A DNA stretch of 54,240 bases from Kiritimatiellia bacterium (GCA_031550185.1 JAVBOU010000141.1:1-54240); one strand, 5' to 3'. Shown: positions 1-10,417, counted from the stretch's first letter. Notes: generated from the sequence alone by a model not told the origin. Program-made: numbers and translations.

Positions 1-106
1 AAAATCAACAAATTTTAAAATTTTTTTTTTTTTTTTCCCCCCCCCACCTGGCGGGTGGGGGGGGGGCTGGGGCCCGCCCCCCCCACAACGCAGTTTTGAT
101 GTTTGG

Positions 107-3100
107 TTATTCGAGGATGAGGTCGCCGACGTCGTCGAGATTTTTGGTGTGGGGGCCGCTGAACCAACTGCTGTAACCGACGCGACGGTCGCCGTCGTCT
201 TCGTTGATGATCAGGCCCATGCCGAGGTTGGCGCCGGAGAGGGGCTTGAAGGGCGCGAGGTGCGTCCAAGGAATGGCGAGCTTGTAATGTTTGCCGCCTT
301 TTCCGCCTTCGGGCCAGTTGGTGATGGAGACTTTGAAGGCGGAGGACGCGTTGCCCTCGGGAACGCTGGGATGGGCGGTGAGGTTACACCAGGCTTGCGG
401 GTCTTTGCCCTTGCCGAGGCCGACGGAGTAATCGTATTTGCCGGCTTTTTCGGTCTGCGTGCGCGTGGGGTCGAAGAGGAATTGGAGGCCATCCTGATTC
501 CAGATCGCGCCGTCGACGTGCGGGGCGCTGAAGACGTCGTCGGTGACGTCGATAAGGAGGTAGAGGTAGGTGTCGTCCCACGCGGCGCGCCACGTGGCGG
601 AGAGATCTTCGGGGCCTTGCCACGGACGGGTTTTGTCGCCGCCGAAACGCAATGCGGCGGCGACGGTGTTGATGGTTTCAGGCGGGCAGTTGTTCCAGAA
701 GGGTTCGACGGAGCCGTCGATGGCCACGGGCTGATTGACGCGTTTGGCAACGGCGAAACCACCGGCGAAGCGCTCGGTGACGGTGCGGCGGCCGGCGTCG
801 TCGGTGACGGTGGTGCGGACGCGATAAAGTGTCTGCGGGGCGAAGTCAGCGACGTGAATGTCGAGGGTGTGTGTGGCGTCGGCGTCGAGTGTGGCGCGGC
901 CTTCGGTTTCGCCTTTGAGGTAGGCGGCGAGGTTGCCGGGTTCGTTGAATTTGAAAACGCCGCCGGCGAGAGGCCAGGCGTTGAGGAGCTCGATGGTCCA
1001 GTTGACGGTCTTGGGTTCGAGGCCGTTGTTGGTCATGATGACGCGGATGCCGGGCTGGCCGTCGGCGTTGCGACCGGCGAGCGCGGTTTCGGCGGTGATG
1101 GGACTCATGATGGGCATGGTGAGGATGAGTTCGCCGGAGGGCTTGCCGCTGGTGAGCTGGCGGATCATGACGCGGCCGGTGCGCGCTTCGGTTTCAGCGG
1201 GCGAGGTGACGGTGCAAATGACATCCGCGCCGGACTGCGCAAATGTCGCGTTCCAGCGGGGCGGATATTCGGCGACGAAATCAGCGGCCTTCAGATTGGC
1301 GCCGGTGAGTTTGACGCTACGGGACTGCCCTTTGAGGATGGAGAAATTTTGCGCGGGGTCGAGGTTGAAGGCGGCGGGCGCGAAGTCACGCGCGAGGGGT
1401 TGTGCGGCGGTGCGCGCGGACGGCGTCGCGGTGTAACGCAGGAGCACAGGTTCGGTGGAAAGACCGAGCGTGAGCACGCCGTTGTCGGGCGTGAGGTCGA
1501 CCATCGAGCCGTCAACGCGCGTGACGCGAACCGGGCCAGCGGCGCTGACTTTAACGCCGCGCGTGGCAAGCGGTCGCTCCATCCACAACACCTGGAAGGT
1601 ATCACCATTGCCGGAGGGATCGCGGAAGAGGAAGTCCTGCACGCCGTCGGAATGCTGCACCTCGTCGATACATTTTTTGACCGTGATGTTGTTGATCATC
1701 ACATAGTTCATGATCGCGTCGAGCTTGGGATTGTAACGGTTATACTGCGCATCAAAAGTGTTGTGCGCCTCACCGCCGCCGCCGCGGAGCTTGCCGTCGG
1801 TATCGGGGTACATGATGGTGAACCAGCTCACATTCGCGCCGCCCTCGGCGAAGAACGCGGTGAAGTTTTTGACCACGGTCTCCGCGACCGCCTGGCGCGT
1901 CTGGCCCTGTGAGTTGAGACCAAGCTCAGTGCACCAAATCGGCTTTTCGGCATTGTATTTTTTGGCGAGCTCGCGATACTTGCGGATGCCGTTGCGGACG
2001 CCCTCGGGGCCGCCGTAGGTGTGGTAATCATAGGCGTCGGTATACTTGTAATAACCGGCTTCGAAAAACGTTTCGAGCGCGGGCACGGACGTGGTGACAA
2101 TAAAAATGTCGGGCTTGACAGACTTCAGCGCCTCGTACGCAATTTGATACGCGCGGACTTTTTCCGCGACGAGTTCGGGCCGCTCGTTGGGTTCGTTGCC
2201 GAGCATGACGACGCCAAGGCTTGGCTCGTCCTTGTGCTTGGTCATGAAGTCGATGGCGCACTGGCGAACTTTTTCTTCGGTCGTGTTTTTCCAGCCGTTT
2301 CGCTCGACCGCTCCCGGGGTGTCCGGGCCGCGCGGGCCGCCATACCAGAGGTCGCCGAGGTCGCGGATTTTCTCCCAGTTGGCGTCGCCCCACGTGCCGA
2401 TGAGGCGGATGCCGATTCGGTCGGCGAGCGGGTAATACGAGGCAATGGTGCTGTCCCAGTTGCGAATCGAAAACGGAATGTCACGCGCGGGATGATTGTG
2501 CGACTCGGCCTTCGGCAAACGCGCGAAGCCGCTGAACTCAAAGGCGTCCGCATACCGCGGCACCGCGACGTTGACGTGCACCTCGAAATACTTGCCGACT
2601 TCCAGGCGCTCAACGGGCAGCGTGAATTTCTCGACGTGGCGCAAGCGCTCCTTCTCCTTGCCGTTTTCCGCGAGCTTGAGCGTGATGGGATCCAACACTT
2701 CCGCGCCCCAGTAATCGACGATCGTCACCACCGCCTGGCGTGCGTCAGCCGGAAGCGCCTTGCTCGTCTGCACGTCGACCTCAAACTCAACCGGCGCGTC
2801 GGGCATGAAGAGATGCCCGGACGTCGAACCCGTGATCACCACGCGCTCCACAATCTTCTCCGCCGCCTTTGATTCAAACGGCGCCGCGGTCAGCGCGTCG
2901 GCGTCAAACGTGCCGTGCGTCTTGTTCACGATGAACACAAAGCGCGCCTTCTCCGTGCCTTTCGGAAACTCGATCATGCGGCTGAACGGCTTCCAATTCG
3001 CGGTTCCGGCCTGCTCGATCAGCGCCTTGCGTTCGATCACCTTGTCGTTCGCGTCGAGCGTTTCCACGCCCGTCATCACATTGAAACTGTTGTCCGGTGA

Positions 3101-3952
3101 ATGCAACGCACTGCGCAACGCGCCGCCCAAATTCCACGCGCCCGGCGCCGCCGCGAACAACGCGCCCGTCACCTCCACGGCGTCGTTGAGTTGCTTCTCA
3201 TCACGCTGGATGTGCAACGCGTTCGCGCCGTCAAACGCCGTCTCCGCGACAACCGCCGCAGCGCCCTTCGGCCCCCTTACCGTCCAACCCTGCGGCAACG
3301 CCGCGCGCGCGTCAAACGACTCCTTGTACGGCTTTGACGGCACGACCAGCAGCTTCATTCCCGAGAACCAAACCTCCCCCTTTTTTGCTTCACCGAAAAA
3401 TTTCGGACTCGCGAGAAAATGCAACCCCTTCATCGGCTGATGCCACTTGCCGTCCTTAGTGCCACCCCAATTTTCGTACTTCACGACCAACTCCAGCGGC
3501 GTACCGGACGCCCGCATGTCGAAGTATTTCGTGACCGGCAAAATCACCTGCTGCCAGTTGCCATGATCCGCCACCTTCAGATTCAACTGATGGCACTGAC
3601 CCGTTCCATCGATCAAGCGCACCGTCATTTGACTGGCACCCTGCGGCACCTTGATCCAATACGTCAGCGTGTCCACCTCCACATTCGGAACATTGCGGCC
3701 CACATCCACATACCCGCCGCCGCCCGTGAAATCCCCGTCGAGCCGGAGCGCCGGCCGGCGTTGCGGATCGACCCCGTCGTCGAGCGTGATCCCGCCCTTT
3801 GCGCCCGGAAATTCCGGCCCGTTGTTGAAACGCCATCCCTGCGCCGGATTCACCGGATCAATCAGCGGCACCTCCTTCGCAGCGTGCGCGACGCCCGCGG
3901 CCAAAACAGCCGACAACACAACCCAAGACGCAAAACAAGACCAGCACTTCAT
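107..3952 (-). CDS. Secreted multidomain clan GH-A glycoside hydrolase-like protein (N-terminal CBM-like jelly-rolls, GH39/GH5-like barrel, C-terminal CBM9-like domain)
   Basis: 1281 aa; signal peptide ending AHA; AAGGAG RBS upstream; acid/base motif LGNEP, YDYHTY, nucleophile motif IWCTELG; C-terminal IDG...WDDTYLYLLIDVTDD...DGLQFLFD typical of CBM9-like domains. Confidence 0.75.
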   Translation of the reverse strand: MKCWSCFASWVVLSAVLAAGVAHAAKEVPLIDPVNPAQGWRFNNGPEFPGAKGGITLDDGVDPQRRPALRLDGDFTGGGGYVDVGRNVPNVEVDTLTYWIKVPQGASQMTVRLIDGTGQCHQLNLKVADHGNWQQVILPVTKYFDMRASGTPLELVVKYENWGGTKDGKWHQPMKGLHFLASPKFFGEAKKGEVWFSGMKLLVVPSKPYKESFDARAALPQGWTVRGPKGAAAVVAETAFDGANALHIQRDEKQLNDAVEVTGALFAAAPGAWNLGGALRSALHSPDNSFNVMTGVETLDANDKVIERKALIEQAGTANWKPFSRMIEFPKGTEKARFVFIVNKTHGTFDADALTAAPFESKAAEKIVERVVITGSTSGHLFMPDAPVEFEVDVQTSKALPADARQAVVTIVDYWGAEVLDPITLKLAENGKEKERLRHVEKFTLPVERLEVGKYFEVHVNVAVPRYADAFEFSGFARLPKAESHNHPARDIPFSIRNWDSTIASYYPLADRIGIRLIGTWGDANWEKIRDLGDLWYGGPRGPDTPGAVERNGWKNTTEEKVRQCAIDFMTKHKDEPSLGVVMLGNEPNERPELVAEKVRAYQIAYEALKSVKPDIFIVTTSVPALETFFEAGYYKYTDAYDYHTYGGPEGVRNGIRKYRELAKKYNAEKPIWCTELGLNSQGQTRQAVAETVVKNFTAFFAEGGANVSWFTIMYPDTDGKLRGGGGEAHNTFDAQYNRYNPKLDAIMNYVMINNITVKKCIDEVQHSDGVQDFLFRDPSGNGDTFQVLWMERPLATRGVKVSAAGPVRVTRVDGSMVDLTPDNGVLTLGLSTEPVLLRYTATPSARTAAQPLARDFAPAAFNLDPAQNFSILKGQSRSVKLTGANLKAADFVAEYPPRWNATFAQSGADVICTVTSPAETEARTGRVMIRQLTSGKPSGELILTMPIMSPITAETALAGRNADGQPGIRVIMTNNGLEPKTVNWTIELLNAWPLAGGVFKFNEPGNLAAYLKGETEGRATLDADATHTLDIHVADFAPQTLYRVRTTVTDDAGRRTVTERFAGGFAVAKRVNQPVAIDGSVEPFWNNCPPETINTVAAALRFGGDKTRPWQGPEDLSATWRAAWDDTYLYLLIDVTDDVFSAPHVDGAIWNQDGLQFLFDPTRTQTEKAGKYDYSVGLGKGKDPQAWCNLTAHPSVPEGNASSAFKVSITNWPEGGKGGKHYKLAIPWTHLAPFKPLSGANLGMGLIINEDDGDRRVGYSSWFSGPHTKNLDDVGDLILE

Positions 3953-4063
3953 GAGGACTCCTTAAATAAAACGCAGTTGCCCAACAGTATGACCCAGACT
4001 CTCCACAGAATCAACAGCGAAGTTGCCCAAATCTCCAGACACCTTGTGAAAACAGAACAAAAA

Positions 4064-4099
4064 CGCGGCGTGGCAGAGCCCCACCACTGCCACGCCGCG
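4064..4099. repeat. REP-like palindrome, GTGGCAGAG family
   Basis: CGCGGCGTGGCAG-AGCCCCACCA-CTGCCACGCCGCG. Confidence 0.85.
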
Positions 4100-4132
4100 A
4101 CAATCAGGGACCATCCGGTGTGTAGGGTTACG

Positions 4133-7100
4133 TTAGCGAACCATGAAGAGGGTTTGTGGAAGCGACCAGTGAATGGCGATGTTGCCGGAACCGCCAACAT
4201 CGTAATGGAGGTTGTAGTCTTTGGGCATTCCGCTGACGTTGCCGAATTTGCCGTTACGTCCGCCAGGGCTGGTGATGAAGACGTACGTGCCTCTTTCAGG
4301 CGGAACGCCAATGAACCGCAACGAGCTTCCGGCTCCGAGTTCCAAGGCTTGCTGCGTGGTGAGAACAACGCCGCTTGCGGGAAGGTTTGACAAGTCGACG
4401 ACCACTTCACCGTTGAGCGCGGCAGGTTTTTCCAACGTGAGCGTGCTGTTGAAGAGTGTGAGCTCGCCGTTGCAAACAAAGGGCAACGCGACGGAAGCCA
4501 CCGTGTTGGAGCAGAGCATGGACGCGCCGCTACCGATGGCAGAACCGATGGTGAGTGAGCCGGTGTCCTGCGCGCGCGTTTGGTAGCGTGTCGTGCCGTT
4601 GACCATTTCGAGGCGGAAGTAATTGGTCGGCGTAATGTTGGGCTCGAAGAGGTAGCTTTGGTCGACGTTGTTGGCAATGGTGAGGTTATTCAGACGGAAG
4701 GCGTTGTTACCGGCCCAGACGATGTTGGCGAAACCCGCCTGTGTCCAGTTGTCGCGAACCGCGACGTTGGTGGTGTTGGTGATGGACAGAACGCCGTTCT
4801 CAATGGTGACAGCGCCCCTGTAGACTTCGCCGGCTCTCCTCGAGTTGTAGGTTGGCGCACGAGCGCCGCGCAGTTGCCAGACACCGCGGTCGAAGATGCG
4901 CAGGGTGTTGTTGTTGGGCGAGCACAGACGAACGGTGTTGGCTTCAAGCACGCCGCCGGCGGTGACTTCAATGGCGTTGTCCCTGGGGAAATAATCGTTG
5001 TCCGCGCCGAGACGAACTTGGTTGGAGACATAGAGGTGTCCGTTGTTGCGCACGTAAATGCGGTTATCATAAACTTCGCCCTCCACAGAAGTGGTGGCAC
5101 GATGTCCCGCGGCAATGTATGAACACTGCATAAAGCCTTCGTTTTCCACAATCAACATGTTGCCAAATGATTTTGAATAACCATAGGTCGCGTTGCCCAA
5201 TTCCGTGCCAACGGCGACGTAGCCGGCGACAACCGTTGCACCCGGGCCATTGACAACAAGGGCGTTGCCGGTTGACACATGCCCGGCGCCATACACCCGG
5301 CCGATGTATGTCTCATTTTCGATCAACCAATATCCGTTCGTCCCGATCAGCACGCGGTTGTCGAAGCTGTCACCGTAATTATCCGATTCGTTGCCGGGGT
5401 TGCCGGCGCCGCCAATGACTGTCTGCCACTTTTTGAAATTTGAGAACCGCGCACCATCTGCAATGACCACTTCGTTGCTGCACGCATTCACCGTTTTGGA
5501 GAGCAATCTCACAACAGGAGCAGCCGAATTGGTCCAAACGGAATACGGCACGCCGATTTCAAAAGTGGCGTTGCCCGCATCCGCCACCCATTTCGTCCCC
5601 GTACCAGTCAACGTGGCCGAATTATGGAAGGATCCGCGGCCAACCGTGAGTGATCCACCGGTGATGACGCCGCCATCGCGAACGACCAGCCTGTTGGCAG
5701 GCGCCTCGTCTCTGCCCACGGTGATGGGGCTTCCCCCTGGTATTTGAAAGAGGGCCGAACCGGGATACCCCTTGCCATCGATCACAATTTCATTGCCGGT
5801 TGTACCCTGACCATTGCCAATGTTGTTGGGAATGACCTTCAACAGGGAGGAGACGACGCCGTCGCCACCAATGACTTCAAGTCGGTTCCAATTGGCATTG
5901 GTGCCCTCGCCGACGGCATTGCCGTTGTTGCTGACCGTGACAAAATCATGCCATGAGCCGCCGTTGACGATGCTGACCACGTTGCTCTGGCTGTTGGCAC
6001 CCCTTCCGACGGAGAGGCCGGGTTTGTTTTCATGAACCGCCCCATCCGAACGGGGACGGATTGTATAACGGTTTGTTGCAGCAGTACCGTCAACGACCAT
6101 CCTGTTGTTGGAACCGCCGTTCACCCCGACGTGAAGCCCGCTCCAGCCGTCCAGCACGCTGTCGATGATGTGGATGTTGATGTTGTTTTTTCCCGCGCCC
6201 GTGGTGTGCGCGTCGTTGGAATTCCGCAGAACGGAGTTGGTGACCAGCACCGACATGCCTTCAACATTGAGTTGCAAGCCATACGCAACCTCCACCGAGC
6301 TGTCCTTGATGGTCAGCGCCGGTCCTGCGTTGAAGTTGAACGCGGAAAAAACAGCCTCTTTGCCATCAAACGTCAACGCGCCCGCGCCCTCCTTGGTAAA
6401 ATACGATCTGGCACCGGTGTTGTAGTGAAAGCCTCGGATGTTGAACGGCACATCCGAGTCGTTTTCAAGCACTGCCTTGATCGTGCCCGTCCAAAGAGTG
6501 GTGTCGCCGCGCCACGACAGGTTGGTCACAGTGAGCGTGCTGTTGTTGCCAAAAAGCGTGAGCCCACCCGTGGTGTTAATACGCGGCTCAAAGCGTCTCT
6601 CACTACCACCCTGCATGTAAATGATCGCCTCGGCGTCGCCCAGTTCAAAGGAGCCAGACCCCAGGACAGAGCTGTCCTTCATGACAAAGCCACCACCGAC
6701 ATTCGTGACCGTGACGCCACTGGGAACCACAAAACCCATGTGCCCGAGTTTGAGACCGTAAGCGGTTTCTCCGTCCGTGAACGTCCTGGCGGATGAGGGA
6801 TATATCACATCCGTGGGATCGTCCATCGGGTTGTTGTGACGTGTCGGCGAGAGAATTTCAACAAGCCCCTGGCTGTTCACGCGCAGAAATTCCGTGGCGG
6901 AAAACCATAACGGCAGGATGCCCCGCTCATTACCCAGGCTCTCCAGATTGCTGAAGCTTATTTGCGTGGTGGTTGGCACGCCGGTTGTCGCCAGCGAAAT
7001 CACCCCGCGATTTTCACGCTGAAGCGTACCGCGGAAGTTGATTGCATTGGTGTAGACACTATTTTCACCAGAGAGTTCGCTGTACGATTTGACAATGAAA

Positions 7101-7762
7101 TCGCGGGCATTCCAATCGGTGGTGGCGCGGTCTCTCAAGGCAAAAAAGTTAAGCTTAGGCGCGCTGTTGCCTGTGGCCTCCGGATGACCGAGGATCACAT
7201 CTGCGTCTGGCCCGCCAAGGGTGTTGCCGCCACCGTAGGCGTTCAACGTGAGGCTGTCGATCCAAAGCGACGAAAGATTGTTGAAGGCGTTGGACAAGGT
7301 CAAGGTGTTGGCGTAAACCTTGCAAAGATTATGACCACCGGTGATCGCGCCGAAAATCGAAACTTGCGTCGAGTTGGAGATCACCAGATCGTTTTGCAAC
7401 TCAATGTCGCACCAGATGTTGTTCTGCGTTTCCCCTGTGGCGACAAGCGGCCCGACGAGGCGCATCGGCCCGGTACCGGGACGGAACACCTGCGACTGAG
7501 TAATATTCCAAGCACCAACCAGCGGATTGTCAACGTAAACCGTTCCCTTCGGCCCGATGGTGAACCATGCCGTGTTACCATCGACCCATCGCAAAGGCGC
7601 GTTTGTACCGGCAGTAGTCGCCGACCATGCCGCGGAATCCGCGCCCCAGCGATTATCACCGTGGCCCCTTGGCGTAGTGGTCGGATTCCAATATTGTATG
7701 TCCGCGTGAAGCGCGGAAATCGTCACCATGAACCAAAAGGTTGCGAATAACATTCGCTGCAT
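4133..7762 (-). CDS. Large secreted beta-helix (autotransporter passenger-like) surface protein without beta-barrel; C-terminal tail QTLFMVR
   Basis: Start reassigned to ATG 7762 (GGAG RBS, signal peptide MQRMLF...ALHA); G/N/T-rich repeats (GxxxxxNxVxIxxGG), passenger-repeat-like GGLTLFG and FTKEGAGALTF. Confidence 0.7.
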   Translation of the reverse strand: MQRMLFATFWFMVTISALHADIQYWNPTTTPRGHGDNRWGADSAAWSATTAGTNAPLRWVDGNTAWFTIGPKGTVYVDNPLVGAWNITQSQVFRPGTGPMRLVGPLVATGETQNNIWCDIELQNDLVISNSTQVSIFGAITGGHNLCKVYANTLTLSNAFNNLSSLWIDSLTLNAYGGGNTLGGPDADVILGHPEATGNSAPKLNFFALRDRATTDWNARDFIVKSYSELSGENSVYTNAINFRGTLQRENRGVISLATTGVPTTTQISFSNLESLGNERGILPLWFSATEFLRVNSQGLVEILSPTRHNNPMDDPTDVIYPSSARTFTDGETAYGLKLGHMGFVVPSGVTVTNVGGGFVMKDSSVLGSGSFELGDAEAIIYMQGGSERRFEPRINTTGGLTLFGNNSTLTVTNLSWRGDTTLWTGTIKAVLENDSDVPFNIRGFHYNTGARSYFTKEGAGALTFDGKEAVFSAFNFNAGPALTIKDSSVEVAYGLQLNVEGMSVLVTNSVLRNSNDAHTTGAGKNNINIHIIDSVLDGWSGLHVGVNGGSNNRMVVDGTAATNRYTIRPRSDGAVHENKPGLSVGRGANSQSNVVSIVNGGSWHDFVTVSNNGNAVGEGTNANWNRLEVIGGDGVVSSLLKVIPNNIGNGQGTTGNEIVIDGKGYPGSALFQIPGGSPITVGRDEAPANRLVVRDGGVITGGSLTVGRGSFHNSATLTGTGTKWVADAGNATFEIGVPYSVWTNSAAPVVRLLSKTVNACSNEVVIADGARFSNFKKWQTVIGGAGNPGNESDNYGDSFDNRVLIGTNGYWLIENETYIGRVYGAGHVSTGNALVVNGPGATVVAGYVAVGTELGNATYGYSKSFGNMLIVENEGFMQCSYIAAGHRATTSVEGEVYDNRIYVRNNGHLYVSNQVRLGADNDYFPRDNAIEVTAGGVLEANTVRLCSPNNNTLRIFDRGVWQLRGARAPTYNSRRAGEVYRGAVTIENGVLSITNTTNVAVRDNWTQAGFANIVWAGNNAFRLNNLTIANNVDQSYLFEPNITPTNYFRLEMVNGTTRYQTRAQDTGSLTIGSAIGSGASMLCSNTVASVALPFVCNGELTLFNSTLTLEKPAALNGEVVVDLSNLPASGVVLTTQQALELGAGSSLRFIGVPPERGTYVFITSPGGRNGKFGNVSGMPKDYNLHYDVGGSGNIAIHWSLPQTLFMVR

Positions 7763-7912
7763 GTTTATTCTCCGTTTGCTTTGGCTGGCGAAAGGCACGA
7801 CGTCTTTGTGTACTTCTTTCTCACAGTCTACCTCATTATTTTACACAGACGCGGACGTTTGTGCCACAAAAGAATCAACACCCAAGGCCGACATGATCCG
7901 CCTCGTCAGCAT

Positions 7913-7943
7913 GGCGTGGCGTGGCAGAAGCGCTGCCACGCCG
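7913..7943. repeat. REP-like palindrome, GTGGCAGAG family
   Basis: GGCGTGGCGTGGCAG-AAGCG-CTGCCACGCCG. Confidence 0.8.
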
Positions 7944-7963
7944 CGATCCAGTGACGCACTCGA

Positions 7964-9112
7964 TCACGCAAATTCCAGCAGGCGTTTGCGGAAGTGGAGG
8001 TAGTCCTCGAATTTGACTTCCTCGGGGACGCCGTGGTCGCAGGTGGGATAATAGCCGCCGCGCTTTTGCATCACGGGGAGGATGCGGTCGATCTCGCGGT
8101 CGATGGCGTCCTTGCCGGCGGCGAGGATGCGTTTGTCAATGCCGCCGGAGATGAGGAGGTCGGGATATTCGCGCGCAGTGCGCACGACATCGCAGCTGGA
8201 GGCGACTTCGAAGGGGCAAAGGAAGTTGAGCCCGATTTCTCGGTAGAGCGGAATCGCCACGTCGGAGAAGCCGTCGGTGTCGAGGCGCACGCTAAGCGGG
8301 ACGGATTTGTCGGGCTGGCGTGAACGGATGTTGGCAATGAGCTGCTGGTAATAGGGGAAGATAAATTCGCGAACCATGTCGGGGGAAATCAGCAAACCGT
8401 GGTTGTAACAAATGTCCTCGGCGAAAAAAATTTCCTCGATATTGACGCCAGCCCGCTGCACCTGCGTGTAGTAGGCGTCGGCCAGTTCGAACCAGGTTGT
8501 CATGCAGGCGTGGAGAAGCTCCGTCTGATCGTAAACCGCGTAGAGCAATTCTTCGGGACCAATGAGGCTGCGCAGGTACATGTAGCCGCCGACCAGGCCG
8601 GCGCTGATGAGTTTGCCTTGCGCGGCGCTTTGGGCGGCGTGCTGGATGGCGCGGGTCTGTTGTTCGATGCGGGAGGGCGTTGCGGGATCCATGCGCCAGC
8701 GGCAGTTTTCCTCCCAGGTCTTCATGTTCTTGACCGGATGGTCGACGTATTCGGGCATGAAGCCGCTGCGCCGGCCTTTGAAAAATTTGACGATGCGTCC
8801 GGCAAAGTCCTGCGCCAATTCCCAGTCGCCGAGGTCTTCGACCACTTTGGTTTCGAAGCAGGGATCGAACCCGGCCTCGCACCAGCCGAGACAGCCGAGG
8901 CCGTGAGTGGCGCCTTCGTCAAAACCAAAGAGCGCGCTCCATTCAGCCCAACCGGAATCCTTGGGGAGGTGACCCTCCGCCTTCCATTTGTCCGTGACGT
9001 AAAAACCGAACTCTGTCATGTAGATTGGCGCGCCGGGTTTCATGGTGTAAAAGTCGCGATACTTTTTCACGCCTTTTGTAAGCTGAAGCGTGGACATAGG
9101 GTGGCCTGTCAT
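7964..9112 (-). CDS. Uroporphyrinogen decarboxylase (UroD)/MtaA-CmuA superfamily protein
   Basis: FAEDICYNHGLLISPDMVREFIFPYY, DTDG, ISGGIDKRIL, GGYYPTCDHGVP motifs; alternative start at 9097. Confidence 0.75.
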   Translation of the reverse strand: MTGHPMSTLQLTKGVKKYRDFYTMKPGAPIYMTEFGFYVTDKWKAEGHLPKDSGWAEWSALFGFDEGATHGLGCLGWCEAGFDPCFETKVVEDLGDWELAQDFAGRIVKFFKGRRSGFMPEYVDHPVKNMKTWEENCRWRMDPATPSRIEQQTRAIQHAAQSAAQGKLISAGLVGGYMYLRSLIGPEELLYAVYDQTELLHACMTTWFELADAYYTQVQRAGVNIEEIFFAEDICYNHGLLISPDMVREFIFPYYQQLIANIRSRQPDKSVPLSVRLDTDGFSDVAIPLYREIGLNFLCPFEVASSCDVVRTAREYPDLLISGGIDKRILAAGKDAIDREIDRILPVMQKRGGYYPTCDHGVPEEVKFEDYLHFRKRLLEFA

Positions 9113-9127
9113 GTTGGGTGATTGGTT

Positions 9128-10381
9128 TTATTGCCCGGTGCATTGCCGCACTTTGCGCACCCAGCGCCGCATGCGCGTGGTGTCGCCCTCGAGGGTTTCG
9201 ACGTCTTTGAGGTTGATGTGCATGATGCAACCCGCGCTGTCGTCCAAAGCTTTGCAGACGATTTTTTCGACGCGCTCCTCGTTGTAACCGCAGCACACCA
9301 TGTCGGTCGGATTCGGGCGCCACGACATCACGTAGTCGTTGCGTATCTGCTCCGCGCAATGGCGGACGTTGGCGAGCGGGGCGACGGCGATGCTGCGCAG
9401 ATTTTTCAACTGGCGCAGCATCGTGATTTTTTCGCCGAGGTCCTCGCAGCAGCCGTAGTGGACGAGTCCGTAATGCGCCATGATCGGGAGCTGATACTGG
9501 AACATGAACTCGTCGTGAAACTCCGGGGAAACCAACGCCAACTCCTGCGCCGCACAGAAGCCCCAGATATCCTTGCGCCGGCGGGCGCCGCTGTTGGGTT
9601 TGCGCGGTTCCAATTCGCGCGCATACGGCATTTGCTGGTTGTGCGAGAGCGTCAACGAGAAGTGTCCCGCGTCCTCGGCCTCCTGGTTGTTCACGAGGAT
9701 GCCGTCGCGCATGAACGCGAGCAGGCGGTGCAATTCGCCGGGCGACTCATACATGTCGATCATCAGTTGCTCCAGCCCGCGCAACTTGGCGATGCTCGTC
9801 GAAATGTCGCCGTTAAAACCGTTGTAAACGGAATGGCGTTGGACATCAATGGGCAGGATGTCGCCGATGGCCGAGGCGAGCTTGTCGAGGTTGCGACGAC
9901 CGGCCGCCTCGTCGAGTTCGTGGTGAATCACGCGGAGTTTCGCAACGTCGTCCCACGTTTTGAGCGCGGGTTTGTAACAAGCCGCAGTGCCCTCCTGCCC
10001 GTCGAGATGCGTCATCGACTCGTCAACGCCCCACAGTCCCTGCCCGCTTATTTTGTGCGGCACGCCGAGCGGCAGCCACGGTTCCTGAATGGTGTCGTCG
10101 CCGATGTCATGTTGAAACAACCACATGCGGAGGAGCCGTTCGTAATGTTTGAAAAACGGATCCTCGCAGAGCATCCTCGCGTCGCCAAAGACCTCGCGGC
10201 ACCACATGTTCCACATGCCGAAACCCGCGATGATTGGAACGCGCGTGCGCTTGAGCGAAAAGTGGTCGGACCAGAGTTGCCGTTTTTCCTCCTGAACCGG
10301 CATCGCGGCGATCTCCGCGTAACGATGCGCGAGTTTGCGCAGGATGGTGGTGTCGTTGTGCAGCGTTGAATGTTCGCTCAT
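9128..10381 (-). CDS. UroD-like barrel protein (divergent UroD/MtaA superfamily)
   Basis: Start reassigned to ATG 10381; LRGLEQLMIDMYESP, VSPEFHDEFMFQYQ and HYGCCE motifs; no signal peptide. Confidence 0.65.
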   Translation of the reverse strand: MSEHSTLHNDTTILRKLAHRYAEIAAMPVQEEKRQLWSDHFSLKRTRVPIIAGFGMWNMWCREVFGDARMLCEDPFFKHYERLLRMWLFQHDIGDDTIQEPWLPLGVPHKISGQGLWGVDESMTHLDGQEGTAACYKPALKTWDDVAKLRVIHHELDEAAGRRNLDKLASAIGDILPIDVQRHSVYNGFNGDISTSIAKLRGLEQLMIDMYESPGELHRLLAFMRDGILVNNQEAEDAGHFSLTLSHNQQMPYARELEPRKPNSGARRRKDIWGFCAAQELALVSPEFHDEFMFQYQLPIMAHYGLVHYGCCEDLGEKITMLRQLKNLRSIAVAPLANVRHCAEQIRNDYVMSWRPNPTDMVCCGYNEERVEKIVCKALDDSAGCIMHINLKDVETLEGDTTRMRRWVRKVRQCTGQ

Positions 10382-10417
10382 GTGAAACTCATCGTGAAGA
10401 TTGCGGTGTGAGGGAAA

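Noticed and set aside
1-100. Homopolymer runs (T, C, G) and ORF 15..269
   Set aside because: Looks like a low-quality read or contig end, possibly a garbled hairpin; the ORF is low-complexity and overlaps a real gene
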